A stretch of 64,000 nt of DNA from Bacteroidia bacterium (lineage in GTDB: Bacteria > Bacteroidota > Bacteroidia > Bacteroidales > CAJPTX01). The stretch covers positions 15,898 to 79,897 of the forward strand of contig PDTX01000003.1 of assembly GCA_002749065.1 (NCBI GenBank), read 5' to 3'. The translations under genes and the position numbers were made by a program. The notes under the pieces are model-generated. The model saw nothing but the letters and a program-made list of their open reading frames with translations. It did not search any database and was not told the DNA's origin. This document shows, in pieces, positions 31,318 to 41,411 of the stretch (position 1 is its first letter; each line of letters starts with the position of its first letter).

Positions 31318-32058
31318 ATGAACTATACCAATCGGCGGAGCATCCGCAGCTACCGCAAGGACCCCATCGACGAGCAGCACCTCTCGGCCATCCTGCGTGG
31401 GGCCCTGCGGGCATCCAACACCGGGAACATGCAGACCTGGAGCGTGGTCGTGACGCGCGACCCGGCCAAGAAGGCCGCCCTGGCACCCTGCCACTTCGGT
31501 CAGCCCATGGTGGAGGCCGCGCCGGTGGTGCTGACCTTCTGCCTGGACTACAACCGGCTGGAGAAGTGGTGCCAGGCCTCGGGCGCGCAGGGCGTGCACT
31601 ACGACAGCCTCATGGCGGTCTATGTCGCCACCATCGACACCATCATCGCCGCGCAGAACGCCGCGGTGGCCGCCGAGGACCTCGGCCTGGGCATCTGCTT
31701 CCTGGGCACGGCCGTCTACAACATGCAGGGGATTATCGACATCCTCAAGCTCCCCCGGGGGGTGGTCCCCGTGACGACCATCACGATGGGCTGGCCCGAC
31801 CAGCTCCCGCCCCTGACCGAGCGTCTGCCCCTCGAGGCCCTCGTGCATCAGGAGGAGTACTGCGAGCGCAGCCCCGAGGAGGTGCGGGCCCTCTACCGCG
31901 ACATTGAGGCCAACCCGGCCAATCAGGCCTTCGTGCGGGAGAACAGCAAGGAGGCCCTGGCCCAGGTGTTCTGCGAGGTGCGCTACAGCCCGGAGTCGTA
32001 CCGCCAGTTCTCGGCCAAAATGCTTGAGGCGCTGCGTGCACAGGGCTTCGCGGTCTAG
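31318..32058 (+). CDS. Nitroreductase family protein (NfsA-like)
   Basis: RRSIRSY, ASNTGNMQ and AAQN..VAAE.LGLGICFLG motifs. Confidence 0.92.
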   Translation: MNYTNRRSIRSYRKDPIDEQHLSAILRGALRASNTGNMQTWSVVVTRDPAKKAALAPCHFGQPMVEAAPVVLTFCLDYNRLEKWCQASGAQGVHYDSLMAVYVATIDTIIAAQNAAVAAEDLGLGICFLGTAVYNMQGIIDILKLPRGVVPVTTITMGWPDQLPPLTERLPLEALVHQEEYCERSPEEVRALYRDIEANPANQAFVRENSKEALAQVFCEVRYSPESYRQFSAKMLEALRAQGFAV

Positions 32059-33664
32059 GCCCTACCGCCTACTCCTATACCTTATCTGCTTCCTGGGAGT
32101 CGTCCCCTCGGCATGGGGGGGCGACTCCCTTCGCTTCGTGGGCGGGCTGCCCAGCGACTACCGTACGGACTGCGTGTACCCCCTCCCGCTCGATACGCTG
32201 CGCCTGCGGCGAGGCCTCTCGCACTGCCTCGACCGGCTACGGGCGGCGGGCTACCTCGAGGCCAGCCTGGATGGGGTGCTGCTGACCACCGACAGCACGG
32301 GGCGGCAGGCCGTATCGGGCGAGGTATCGCTGCATCTCGGGCCGCGCTACTACCTCTCGGGCGGCGACGACCGGGCCTACACCCCCGAGACGCTCCGCGC
32401 GGAGCTGGAGGGGCTCGCGCGGCGCGATAGCCTCGGCGCGTCGCAGCGCCTGGAGTACCACCAGCGGGTGGTGGCCCCGGGGCGCGTGGGCCTCTGGGTG
32501 GCGGGCGCGGAGCCGCTGAGAATGCCCCTTGCGGGTCTTGTGCAGGAGGGGGGAGAGGTGCTCCGCCCGGGCGTGCTGCTCCGTCTGGCGGGCTTGCGGC
32601 TGGGCGACAGCCTGACGGCGGAGGGGATGCATGCGGCGGCCGCCAGCCTAGGGCGTTTCCCCTACCTGCTCGTGGCCAGGCCATCGGCCGTGGATAATCG
32701 TGCCGAGGGGGCCACGCTGCATCTCTACCTGGAGAGGCGGGCGGCCAGCCATGCCGAGGGGGTGCTGGCCCTCGCACCCCGGCAGGGGCGGGGGGGGACG
32801 GACTGGGCCATCGATGGGGACGTACGTCTGCTCAACCTGCTGCGCTTCGGGGAGAGCTTCCGCTTCACCTTCCGGGGGCGGGAGGGGGGCGACCGCCACC
32901 TGCATATGTCCACTGACTGGCCCGTGGTTCTGTCCAGCCGCTGGGGCGTGGGGGCGAGCTTCCGCCTGAAGAGCCAGCGGGGCTACGGGCGCAGCTACAG
33001 CGCGATGGGCTACACCGCCTACCTGGTGGATGTGCGCCAGCGTGTGGGGCTGGAGCTGGCCCATGGCCAGTCGGCCGACGAGCAGACCCTGAGCGTGGAG
33101 AGCACCAGCCTGGGGCTGAGGTATAATTACACCAGCCGTCGCTACCATGGCGCGTGGTCGAGGGGTAGGGAGGGGATGCTGCGGGTCTCCATCGCCCGCC
33201 GTAGGGCCTCGGACGGGGCGCGCGGCACGCTCCTGGCCTACGAAGGGGAGCTGCGCCCCAGCTGGACCATCGGCCGGCGGTGGTACCTCGATGCCAGCGT
33301 GCTGGGCCGGGGGCTCTTCCCCTTTGGGGCTGTGCCGCTCCTGGGGATAGAGCAGCTGACGCTCGGGGGGCGCGACGGGCTGTGGGGCTACCACGACGGT
33401 GCGCTCCGCACGCGGGTCTACGGGTTGGTGGGGGCTGAGCCCGGTCTGCAGGCGGGTCGTTGGTTGCGCCTTGGGCTTATCGCCTCCGTGGGGGCGGTGC
33501 ATGCCTCGGGGGGGGGCTTTGTGGCCATGGGTGGGGGGCTGTCCGCCACGGCCAGGACCGACCGTGGGCATCTGGCCCTGCGCGTAGCCCGGGGCTGGGA
33601 CACCCGTCCGTCGGCCAGTCCCTCGAGCCTCATGCTGCACCTCGAGCTGCGCCTGCTCTTCTAG
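32036..33664 (+). CDS. Outer-membrane beta-barrel protein, BamA/TamA-like (start uncertain)
   Basis: Signal-like segment after GTG 32036; GYLEAS POTRA-like segment, L.NLL.FGE, LGG..GL.GY and terminal Phe. Confidence 0.65.
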   Translation: MHRASRSRPYRLLLYLICFLGVVPSAWGGDSLRFVGGLPSDYRTDCVYPLPLDTLRLRRGLSHCLDRLRAAGYLEASLDGVLLTTDSTGRQAVSGEVSLHLGPRYYLSGGDDRAYTPETLRAELEGLARRDSLGASQRLEYHQRVVAPGRVGLWVAGAEPLRMPLAGLVQEGGEVLRPGVLLRLAGLRLGDSLTAEGMHAAAASLGRFPYLLVARPSAVDNRAEGATLHLYLERRAASHAEGVLALAPRQGRGGTDWAIDGDVRLLNLLRFGESFRFTFRGREGGDRHLHMSTDWPVVLSSRWGVGASFRLKSQRGYGRSYSAMGYTAYLVDVRQRVGLELAHGQSADEQTLSVESTSLGLRYNYTSRRYHGAWSRGREGMLRVSIARRRASDGARGTLLAYEGELRPSWTIGRRWYLDASVLGRGLFPFGAVPLLGIEQLTLGGRDGLWGYHDGALRTRVYGLVGAEPGLQAGRWLRLGLIASVGAVHASGGGFVAMGGGLSATARTDRGHLALRVARGWDTRPSASPSSLMLHLELRLLF

Positions 33665-33745
33665 CGCGCAGCATTTGGATTTCTCAGGGAGAAAGGCGAA
33701 TATTGCAATACGATGCGAGCTCGTTGTACGTAAAGGATTAAGGCT

Positions 33746-34543
33746 ATGAGCATGGAGGAAGGCTTCGGCATGCCGATGCCCCCGCGGACCGACCCGGCGC
33801 TGGGTATCCAGTGGGTGAGGGTGGAGGGTGGCCGGTTCCTGATGGGCAGCCCGGCCGATGAGGAGGGGCGGGGAGATGATGAGTGGCAGCACGAGGTGAA
33901 GCTCTCGGGCTTCTGGATGAGCGCGACGGTGGTGACCAACGCGCAGTACAATGCCTTCCTGAAGGCGATGGAGGCCAAGGGGGGCGGGGTGTGGAAGAGG
34001 GTGGGGAGGAGCGGTTCGGCTTACAATTTGAACACAAACTCCGGGTACTTCTATGAGGGAGCGCAGCCGGTGGTGGGCGTTACTTGGGACGATGCCATGG
34101 CCTTCTGCGAGTGGGTGGGGAATGGCGTGACCCTGCCAACGGAGGCGCAGTGGGAGTACGCTTGCCGCGCGGGGAGCAAAGCGGCATATGGCATGGGTGC
34201 GGACGGGGTCCAGGTAAATGGTTTCAATTTGGGAGATTATGCCTGGTATGATAAAAACGCGGGTCGCAGGACGCATGCGGTGGGTAAGAAAAGGGCCAAT
34301 GCTTTCGGTCTATACGATATGCACGGGAATGTGTGGGAGTGGTGCTCGGACTGGTATGCGCGCTACGAGGACAGCCCGAAGAGGAACCCCCTTGGCCCGA
34401 TGGATGGCACTGACCGTGTGGTTCGTGGTGGTAGCTGGGGCGATGGGCCACGCGTCTGTCGCTGCGCAAGTCGGGGTCGCATGGACCCTATGGATAGGGT
34501 CATTTTCTTGGGTTTCCGCCTGGTCGCTCCGCTCGAGCCCTAG
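33746..34543 (+). CDS. FGE-sulfatase (SUMF1 / C-type lectin fold) protein without signal peptide
   Basis: GGRFLMGS, VTNAQY, PVV.VTWDDA, LPTEAQWEYACRAG, GLYDMHGNVWEWC, RGGSW and GFR motifs; no catalytic CxxxxC. Confidence 0.93.
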   Translation: MSMEEGFGMPMPPRTDPALGIQWVRVEGGRFLMGSPADEEGRGDDEWQHEVKLSGFWMSATVVTNAQYNAFLKAMEAKGGGVWKRVGRSGSAYNLNTNSGYFYEGAQPVVGVTWDDAMAFCEWVGNGVTLPTEAQWEYACRAGSKAAYGMGADGVQVNGFNLGDYAWYDKNAGRRTHAVGKKRANAFGLYDMHGNVWEWCSDWYARYEDSPKRNPLGPMDGTDRVVRGGSWGDGPRVCRCASRGRMDPMDRVIFLGFRLVAPLEP

Positions 34544-34645
34544 TTCTGCAATGGCAAATTGCGGAATATTCGAATGTGCAGTATTCGAATATATTCCTAT
34601 CTTTCGCATTGTGTAGCGGTGTTGCTACGCGTAAAAACAATTCTT

Positions 34646-35503
34646 ATGATGAAGCGAATGCTAATTCCTGCTTTGATGCTGTCACTCGGGCTGGTATTGT
34701 TGTACGGTTGTGGTGGTGGGGGGAGTGCTAGTAGCGCAGTTTCTTCAAATTTACAGCCCCCGCAGACTGACCCGACGCTGGGCATCCAGTGGGTGAGGGT
34801 GGAGGGCGGCCGGTTCCTGATGGGTAGCCCGGACGAGGAGAAGGGGCCCTATGACGATCAGAGTCCGCAGTGCGAGGTGGAGGTTTCCGGCTTTCTGATG
34901 AGCGCGACGGAGGTGACCAACGCGCAGTACAATATGTTCCTAGAGGCGATGGAGGCCAGGGGGGGCGAGGTGTGGGAGAGGGTGAAGTGGAGCGGCGCGA
35001 GTAACCCCGGGTTGCAATCGAAGTTCAAGGGGGATAGGCAGCCGGTGGTGTGCGTTTCATGGGATGATGCCATGGCCTTCTGCGAGTGGGTGGGGAATGG
35101 TGTGACCCTGCCGACGGAGGCGCAGTGGGAGTACGCCTGCCGCGCGGGGAGCACTGGTCGTTTCTGCTTCGGCGAGGACGAGGCGCAGCTGGGCGACTAC
35201 GCCTGGTATAATGAGAATGCGGGTGATGCGACGCACGTAGTGGCAGGGAAGAAGGCCAATGCGTGGGGTTTATACGATATGCACGGGAATGTGTGGGAGT
35301 GGTGCTCGGACTGGTACGATGCCCATACGGCCGAGCCGGTGAAGGACCCCACTGGTCCGACGGATGGTTTCACCCACGTGCTTCGGGGTGGTAGCTGGAG
35401 CGATATCGAGGTCAGCTATTGTCGCTCCGCGTTTCGGGCTGGGGCCGCTAGCTCTAGAACTGGTAGCTTGGGCTTCCGCTTGGTCGCCCCGCTCGAGCCC
35501 TAG
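34646..35503 (+). CDS. FGE-sulfatase (C-type lectin fold) lipoprotein, paralogue of the upstream gene
   Basis: Same motifs plus signal peptide with lipobox LYGC and Gly/Ser linker. Confidence 0.93.
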   Translation: MMKRMLIPALMLSLGLVLLYGCGGGGSASSAVSSNLQPPQTDPTLGIQWVRVEGGRFLMGSPDEEKGPYDDQSPQCEVEVSGFLMSATEVTNAQYNMFLEAMEARGGEVWERVKWSGASNPGLQSKFKGDRQPVVCVSWDDAMAFCEWVGNGVTLPTEAQWEYACRAGSTGRFCFGEDEAQLGDYAWYNENAGDATHVVAGKKANAWGLYDMHGNVWEWCSDWYDAHTAEPVKDPTGPTDGFTHVLRGGSWSDIEVSYCRSAFRAGAASSRTGSLGFRLVAPLEP

Positions 35504-35621
35504 TCCCCTGGCGGCGGATGCTGGGTCTGCCGCAAGTACCTTCGAAACGCCTAATCATTGAACAAAAGCCCTCTTCGCGACCTTTACTAGAGTGGTGGAA
35601 TATTCGCATATGGACAACTGA

Positions 35622-36584
35622 ATGGGTACGCAGCAAGAGCGGGTATTGTGTTTGGATATGATAGACCCCCTGAGCCTCTACGGGGTCAACAATGCGAAGT
35701 ACCACCTGCTAGCCTCCCACTTCTCGGGCCTCAAGCTGGTGGCCCGGGGCGCGGAGATTAGGGCCAGCGGCCAGCCGGAGCAGCTCGACGAGCTGGAGGG
35801 CTTCATCGCCCGCTGCGAGGACTACTTCCGCCGGCATGGCGACCTACCCCAGGAGCGGATGCGCGAGCTGCTCAGCGGCGATATGCAACCCAGCTACATC
35901 CCAGAGCCAGAGGGGGAGGCGGTGCTCCTCTACGGCGCGAAGGGTCGCCCTATCGGCCCCCGCACCCCGAGCCAGCTACGCCTGGTGGAGGCCGTGGCGA
36001 CCAGCGACCTGCTCTTCGCGCTCGGACCCGCCGGCACGGGCAAGACCTACATGGCCATCGCCCTCGCGGTGCGCGCGCTCAAGCGGCGGGAGCTGCGTCG
36101 GATAGTGCTCACCCGCCCGGCCGTGGAGGCGGGCGAACGCCTCGGCTTCCTGCCCGGCGACCTGAAGGAGAAGCTCGACCCCTACCTCCAGCCCCTCTAC
36201 GACGGCCTACGCGACATGCTCCCCCAGCCGGTGCTCAAGGGGAAGCTCGAGGACGGCACCATCCAGATAGCCCCCCTGGCCTACATGCGCGGCCGCACCC
36301 TCGACGACGCCTTCGTCATACTCGACGAGGCGCAGAACGCCACCCTCGGCCAGATGAAGATGTTCCTCACCCGCATGGGGCGCAACGCGAAGTTCGTGGT
36401 CACCGGCGATGCCAGCCAGGTGGACCTCCCCAGCCCGAGCCAGTCTGGCCTGGGGCATGCGGTCGACCTGGTGCGTGGCCTGCAGGGCGTGTCCGTCGTG
36501 GAGTTCGGGATGCGCGACATCGTCCGCCACCGGCTCGTGAGCGAGATAGTGAGAGCCTTCGACCAGGAGGGCAGAACCGAATAG
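35622..36584 (+). CDS. phoH: PhoH-like ATPase
   Basis: GPAGTGKT, TRPAVEAGERLGFLPGD, RGRTL and DEAQN motifs. Confidence 0.96.
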   Translation: MGTQQERVLCLDMIDPLSLYGVNNAKYHLLASHFSGLKLVARGAEIRASGQPEQLDELEGFIARCEDYFRRHGDLPQERMRELLSGDMQPSYIPEPEGEAVLLYGAKGRPIGPRTPSQLRLVEAVATSDLLFALGPAGTGKTYMAIALAVRALKRRELRRIVLTRPAVEAGERLGFLPGDLKEKLDPYLQPLYDGLRDMLPQPVLKGKLEDGTIQIAPLAYMRGRTLDDAFVILDEAQNATLGQMKMFLTRMGRNAKFVVTGDASQVDLPSPSQSGLGHAVDLVRGLQGVSVVEFGMRDIVRHRLVSEIVRAFDQEGRTE

Positions 36585-36602
36585 TAACCAGATACCGTAA
36601 CG

Positions 36603-37556
36603 ATGCAGCAAGCAGTTCTAAAGACCGATTTTCAGTTCACGGGCCAGCAGTCCGTATACCACGGCAAGGTCCGCGATGTGTACACCCTCAAGGGCGACCT
36701 CCTGGCGATGGTGGTGAGCGACCGCCTCAGCGCGTTCGACGTGGTGATGCCCTGGGGGATACCCGGCAAGGGGCAGGTGCTCAACATGATAGCCGCCGTC
36801 TTCCTGGATGCCACCCGCGACATCCTCCCCAACTGGAAGCTGGCCGTGCCCGACCCGATGGTCACCGTGGGCTACCGCTGCGAGACCTACCCCGTGGAGA
36901 TGGTCGTGCGGGGCTACCTCAGCGGGCACGCCTGGCGCGAGTACAAGGCCGGAAGGCGCGAGCTCTGCGGCGTGGCGCTCCCCGAGGGCCTGCGGGAGAA
37001 CGAGCAGCTCCCCACCCCCATCATCACCCCCACCACCAAGGCCGCCGAGGGGCACGACGAGGACATCAGCCGCGGGGAGATTATCGCCCGGGGCATCGTG
37101 AGCGAGGCGGAGTACGTGCAGCTCGAGGAGTACGCCCTGGCCCTCTTCGCCCGCGGCACGGAGATGGCGGCTCGGCAGGGCCTCATCCTCGTGGACACGA
37201 AGTACGAGTTCGGCCGCCGCCAGGGGCAGATTATGCTCATCGACGAGATCCACACCCCCGACAGCTCCCGCTACTTCTACTCCGAGGGCTACCACGAGCG
37301 GCTCGAGAAGGGCCAGGCCCAGCGCCAGCTCTCGAAGGAGTTCGTGCGGCAGTGGCTCATGGAGAGCGGCTTCAGCGGGCAGGAGGGGCAGCAGATTCCG
37401 GCCCTCACCCCCGAGCGCCAGCGGGAGATCACCAGTCGCTACGTGGAGCTCTACGAGCAGATTACCGGCGGGACCTTCGAGGTGGCCCTCGGGGGCGACC
37501 CCCTGGCCCGCATCGAGCGCAACGTGGAGGGCTGGATTCATGAGCGGGGGGAGTAG
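36603..37556 (+). CDS. purC: SAICAR synthetase
   Basis: [22 protein letters not shown] and [11 protein letters not shown] motifs. Confidence 0.97.
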   Translation: MQQAVLKTDFQFTGQQSVYHGKVRDVYTLKGDLLAMVVSDRLSAFDVVMPWGIPGKGQVLNMIAAVFLDATRDILPNWKLAVPDPMVTVGYRCETYPVEMVVRGYLSGHAWREYKAGRRELCGVALPEGLRENEQLPTPIITPTTKAAEGHDEDISRGEIIARGIVSEAEYVQLEEYALALFARGTEMAARQGLILVDTKYEFGRRQGQIMLIDEIHTPDSSRYFYSEGYHERLEKGQAQRQLSKEFVRQWLMESGFSGQEGQQIPALTPERQREITSRYVELYEQITGGTFEVALGGDPLARIERNVEGWIHERGE

Positions 37557-37595
37557 GCGGGGCGGCTCGCGTTTGCATATCTGGAGACTTATCCC

Positions 37596-37789
37596 TACCT
37601 TCGCGGCATGATTGAATGGGGTTTGACATGTACGCGCCCCGGTATCTTTTCGCCGGGAGTCAGCTGCAGAACCCCTTTTTTTTTGTTCTCATGGCCCGGT
37701 CGGGTAGCCTTACACCCTGGGTCATCCCCCATTGACCACTTCGTAAAGCCCCCTAGCCCCGCTGCTCGTAGCGCTGCTAGGGGCTTTTT
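37596..37789 (+). promoter_or_regulatory. Promoter box plus structured leader with two terminator-like hairpins
   Basis: TACCTTCG at 37596; GGGGTT...AACCCC followed by T9 (37676-37684); AAAGCCCCCTAGC...GCTAGGGGCTTTTT. Confidence 0.55.
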
Positions 37790-37810
37790 CATGCGTGGAG
37801 GTTTGGCCTG

Positions 37811-38410
37811 ATGGCGGCGCTGGACTACCGTACGATAGCGGCCCCCTGCGAGGGGCTGTACAAGGACCGGGGCTCGCGCTTCCTGGCCTACGCGCTGCCC
37901 GCGGCCTCGGTTGAGGTGGCCATGGCGGAGGTGGCCCGCCTGCGGGCGCAGCACCACGCGGCCCGCCACTGCTGCTACGCGTACGTCCTGGGCGCGGAGG
38001 GGGATGACTCCCGGGCCAACGATGATGGCGAGCCCAGCGGCTCGGCCGGTCGGCCCATACTCGGCGTGTTGCTCTCGCGGGAGCTGCGGGATGTGCTGGT
38101 GGTCGTCATCCGCTACTTCGGCGGCATCAAGCTGGGCGTGCCGGGCCTGATTGCGGCCTACCGCGGCGCGACCGAGGATGCGCTGGACCAGGCGGAGGTG
38201 GTGGTTCGGACGGTGGAGCGCCACTACGCCCTGCGCTTCGACTACGGGGTGCAGCACGAGGTGATGGAGGTGCTCAAGCGGGTGGAGGCCCGGGTGGAGG
38301 GACAGGACTACGGCGCGGACTGCCGGATGCGGGTGGCCTGGTCCCTGGCCATGGATGATGAGGCCTGCCAGCGGCTCGAGAAGATTTGTGGAATTGTGGC
38401 CGTGGAGTAG
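37811..38410 (+). CDS. yigZ: YigZ / IMPACT family protein
   Basis: KDRGSRF, H.CYAY, DDGEPSGSAGRPIL and RYFGGIKLG motifs. Confidence 0.93.
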   Translation: MAALDYRTIAAPCEGLYKDRGSRFLAYALPAASVEVAMAEVARLRAQHHAARHCCYAYVLGAEGDDSRANDDGEPSGSAGRPILGVLLSRELRDVLVVVIRYFGGIKLGVPGLIAAYRGATEDALDQAEVVVRTVERHYALRFDYGVQHEVMEVLKRVEARVEGQDYGADCRMRVAWSLAMDDEACQRLEKICGIVAVE

Positions 38411-38476
38411 CCCCGATGGGTGGCTCGCCGGTCGTTTTGTGTGTGAATACGGAGTGTACAAACGAAAGGTAGATTT

Positions 38477-39394
38477 ATGAAAGGGAAAAGCTTAGTTTCG
38501 ATTAATGACCTCACCAAAGAGCAGCTCGTTGGCATACTGGACGTCGCGGAGGAGTTCGAGCGCAACCCCCGTCAGCCCCTGCTGGAGGGGCACGTGGTGG
38601 CGACGCTCTTCTTCGAGCCCTCCACGCGAACGCGCCTGAGCTTCGAGAGCGCGGTGAACCAGCTCCGCGGGCGGGTGATAGGCTTTTCCGATGCGTCCTC
38701 GTCCAGCACCTCGAAGGGCGAGTCGCTCAACGACACGATACTGACGGTGTCCAACTACGTGGACCTGATCGTCATGCGGCACCCCATCGAGGGGGCGGCC
38801 CGGCTGGCCAGCGAGGTGGCCCCCGTGCCGATAGTCAACGCGGGCGACGGGGCCAACCAGCACCCCTCGCAGACCATCCTCGACCTCTACAGCATCCGCA
38901 AGACGCAGGGCACGCTCGACGGCATCACCATCTGCATGGTCGGCGACCTGCGCTACGGCCGCACGGTGCATTCGCTGCTGCAGGCCCTCTCGCACTGGAA
39001 CACCAAGTTCGTGTTCATCGCCCCGCCCGAGCTGCGCATGCCCGAGGAGTACCTCCGCCTGCTCGACCAGAAGGGTCTGCACTACGAGGAGCACAGCACC
39101 CTGGAGGACCACATCGCCGAGGTGGACATCCTCTACATGACCCGCGTGCAGCAGGAGCGCTTCTCCGACCCGCTGGAGTACGAGCGCGTCAAGAACGTCT
39201 ACATCCTCCGGGCCAGCATGCTCGAGGGGGCCAAGCCCAACATGCGGGTGCTGCACCCCCTGCCCCGCGTCAACGAGATCGCCATGGACGTGGACAGCAC
39301 CCCCTACGCCTACTACTTCCAGCAGGCCCGCAACGGGGTGTACGCCCGCCAGGCCATCATATCCACCATACTGGGCAAGCGGGAAATCAGGTAG
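38477..39394 (+). CDS. pyrB: Aspartate carbamoyltransferase catalytic subunit
   Basis: [16 protein letters not shown] and HPLPR motifs. Confidence 0.98.
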   Translation: MKGKSLVSINDLTKEQLVGILDVAEEFERNPRQPLLEGHVVATLFFEPSTRTRLSFESAVNQLRGRVIGFSDASSSSTSKGESLNDTILTVSNYVDLIVMRHPIEGAARLASEVAPVPIVNAGDGANQHPSQTILDLYSIRKTQGTLDGITICMVGDLRYGRTVHSLLQALSHWNTKFVFIAPPELRMPEEYLRLLDQKGLHYEEHSTLEDHIAEVDILYMTRVQQERFSDPLEYERVKNVYILRASMLEGAKPNMRVLHPLPRVNEIAMDVDSTPYAYYFQQARNGVYARQAIISTILGKREIR

Positions 39395-39424
39395 CCAAAT
39401 CATCACAGCAAGGAAACACAAGGA

Positions 39425-39889
39425 ATGGAAGCGACAAGGAAAGAGCTAATCGTCAGCGCGATAGAGAACGGCACGGTGATAGACCACATCCCGGCCGACA
39501 AGGTATTCAAGGTCATTGACATCCTGGGCCTGCAGGGGATGGGCAGCCAGATGACCATCGGCGTCAACCTCGACAGCCGGACCATGGGCAAGAAGGGCAT
39601 CATCAAGATTGCCGACAAGTTCTTCGAGCCAGAGGAGGTCGACCGCATCGCCCTGGTGGCCCCCCACGCCAAGCTCAACATCATACGGGGCTACCGCGTG
39701 GAGCACAAGGAGCAGGTCGAGGTCCCGGCCCAAATCGTGGGCATCGTCAAGTGCATCAACCCCAAGTGCATCACCAACGTGCAGGACGTGACCCCCAAGT
39801 TCGTGGTGGAGAGCACCAGCCCCATGCGCCTACGCTGCGCGTACTGCGACAAGGTGTCGGGGCAGGAGCAGATTTTGGAGTCAATCTAG
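39425..39889 (+). CDS. pyrI: Aspartate carbamoyltransferase regulatory subunit
   Basis: AIENGTVIDHI; CINPKC...CAYC zinc site. Confidence 0.97.
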   Translation: MEATRKELIVSAIENGTVIDHIPADKVFKVIDILGLQGMGSQMTIGVNLDSRTMGKKGIIKIADKFFEPEEVDRIALVAPHAKLNIIRGYRVEHKEQVEVPAQIVGIVKCINPKCITNVQDVTPKFVVESTSPMRLRCAYCDKVSGQEQILESI

Positions 39890-39891
39890 CG

Positions 39892-40980
39892 ATGAGCCAG
39901 CCGCAGGAACCGACTTCGCCCCCGGCCGGGCAGCCCGACGGCGCGAAGGCCACCGAGCTGTCCGCCCTCGGGGAGTTCGGCCTCATCGACCGCCTGACCC
40001 GCGACTTCCCGCCCCTGCACCCGGAGACCCGGGTGGGCATAGGCGACGACTGCGCCGTGCTCGCCCCCCCGGCGGGCCAGGAGACCGTGGTCACGACCGA
40101 CCTCCTGCTGGAGGGCGTGCACTTCGACCTGACCTACTTCCCGCTCATGCACCTGGGCTACAAGGCCGTCATCGTGAACCTGAGCGACGTGTACGCCATG
40201 AACGCCCAGCCCCGGCAGATCACCGTCTCGCTGGGCATCTCCAAGCGCTTCAGCGCGGAGCAGCTCGACGAGCTCTACGCCGGCATCCTCCAGGCCTGCC
40301 GCGAGTACGAGGTCGACCTGGTGGGGGGCGACACCTCCGCCAGCCTCACGGGCCTGTGCATTTCCATCACGGCCATAGGCTACGCCCCCCGGGAGAAGCT
40401 GGTGTACCGGGGCGGGGCCAAGCCCAATGAGCTCATCTGCGTGACGGGCAACCTGGGCGCAGCCTACGTGGGCCTCCTCCTGCTCGAGCGCGAGAAGCGC
40501 GTGATGCTGGCCAACCCCGAGGGGAAGCCCCAGCTCGACGGCTACCGCTACGTGCTGGGCCGCATGCTCCGCCCCGAGGCCCGGCGCGACGCGGTGGAGC
40601 ACCTCCAGGTCGCGGGCATAGTCCCCACGGCCATGATGGACGTGAGCGACGGGCTCAGCAGCGAGCTGCTCCACCTGACCAAGGCCTCCGGGGTGGGCTG
40701 CCGGGTCTACCCCGAGCGTATCCCCATCGACCGGGAGACTATGCGCGTGTGCGACGAGATGGGCATGGACCCCATCCTCGCGGCGATGAACGGGGGCGAG
40801 GACTACGAGCTGCTGTTCACCGTGCCGATGGAGCTGCAGGAGCGGGTCGATGAGCTGGGCGTGTCCATCATCGGCTACACGACCGAGGCCGAGGGACAGG
40901 CCCTCATGGTGACGGCCAGCGGCCAGGAGATACCAATAGTGGCCCAGGGCTGGAACGCCTTCCGCGAGGGGGAGGCCTAG
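39892..40980 (+). CDS. thiL: Thiamine-monophosphate kinase
   Basis: GEFGLI, GIGDDCA, NLSDVYAM, DVSDGL and GGEDYELLFT motifs. Confidence 0.96.
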   Translation: MSQPQEPTSPPAGQPDGAKATELSALGEFGLIDRLTRDFPPLHPETRVGIGDDCAVLAPPAGQETVVTTDLLLEGVHFDLTYFPLMHLGYKAVIVNLSDVYAMNAQPRQITVSLGISKRFSAEQLDELYAGILQACREYEVDLVGGDTSASLTGLCISITAIGYAPREKLVYRGGAKPNELICVTGNLGAAYVGLLLLEREKRVMLANPEGKPQLDGYRYVLGRMLRPEARRDAVEHLQVAGIVPTAMMDVSDGLSSELLHLTKASGVGCRVYPERIPIDRETMRVCDEMGMDPILAAMNGGEDYELLFTVPMELQERVDELGVSIIGYTTEAEGQALMVTASGQEIPIVAQGWNAFREGEA

Positions 40981-41084
40981 CCTTTTGGGCAACTTTTGCA
41001 CCGGCATTTGCATTCTATGGGGAAAAAATGCTACCTTCGCGCCGGTAAAAAGGTAGGAAGCAGAAATCCAGAAGGAGAAGTACA

Positions 41085-41351
41085 ATGAAAAAGGGGATTC
41101 ATCCGGAGAATTATCGCCTGGTAGCGTTCAAGGATATGTCCAACGACAAGGTCTTCCTGACCAAGTCGACCGTGAGCACGAGGGAGACCATCGAGATTGA
41201 TGGGGTGGAGTATCCGCTCTTCAAGCTCGAGATCTCCAGCGCGTCGCACCCGTTTTACACCGGTAAGATGAAGCTCGTGGATACGGCCGGCCGCGTGGAC
41301 AAGTTCATGAGCCGCTACAAGAAGCACATGGACAAGCAGCAGAAGAGCTAG
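41085..41351 (+). CDS. rpmE2: 50S ribosomal protein L31 type B (zinc-free)
   Basis: [10 protein letters not shown]...[12 protein letters not shown]...AGRVDKF; no cysteines. Confidence 0.96.
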   Translation: MKKGIHPENYRLVAFKDMSNDKVFLTKSTVSTRETIEIDGVEYPLFKLEISSASHPFYTGKMKLVDTAGRVDKFMSRYKKHMDKQQKS

Positions 41352-41411
41352 GGGAAGCGACCCCTCTCTGCTCTCGGCCTCCCGCGGGGGGGCCTGTGGG
41401 GCTTGCGTTAT

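Noticed and set aside
33665-35621. A complete DGR at the FGE locus
   Set aside because: No reverse transcriptase, Avd or AAC-rich template repeat was found anywhere in the window
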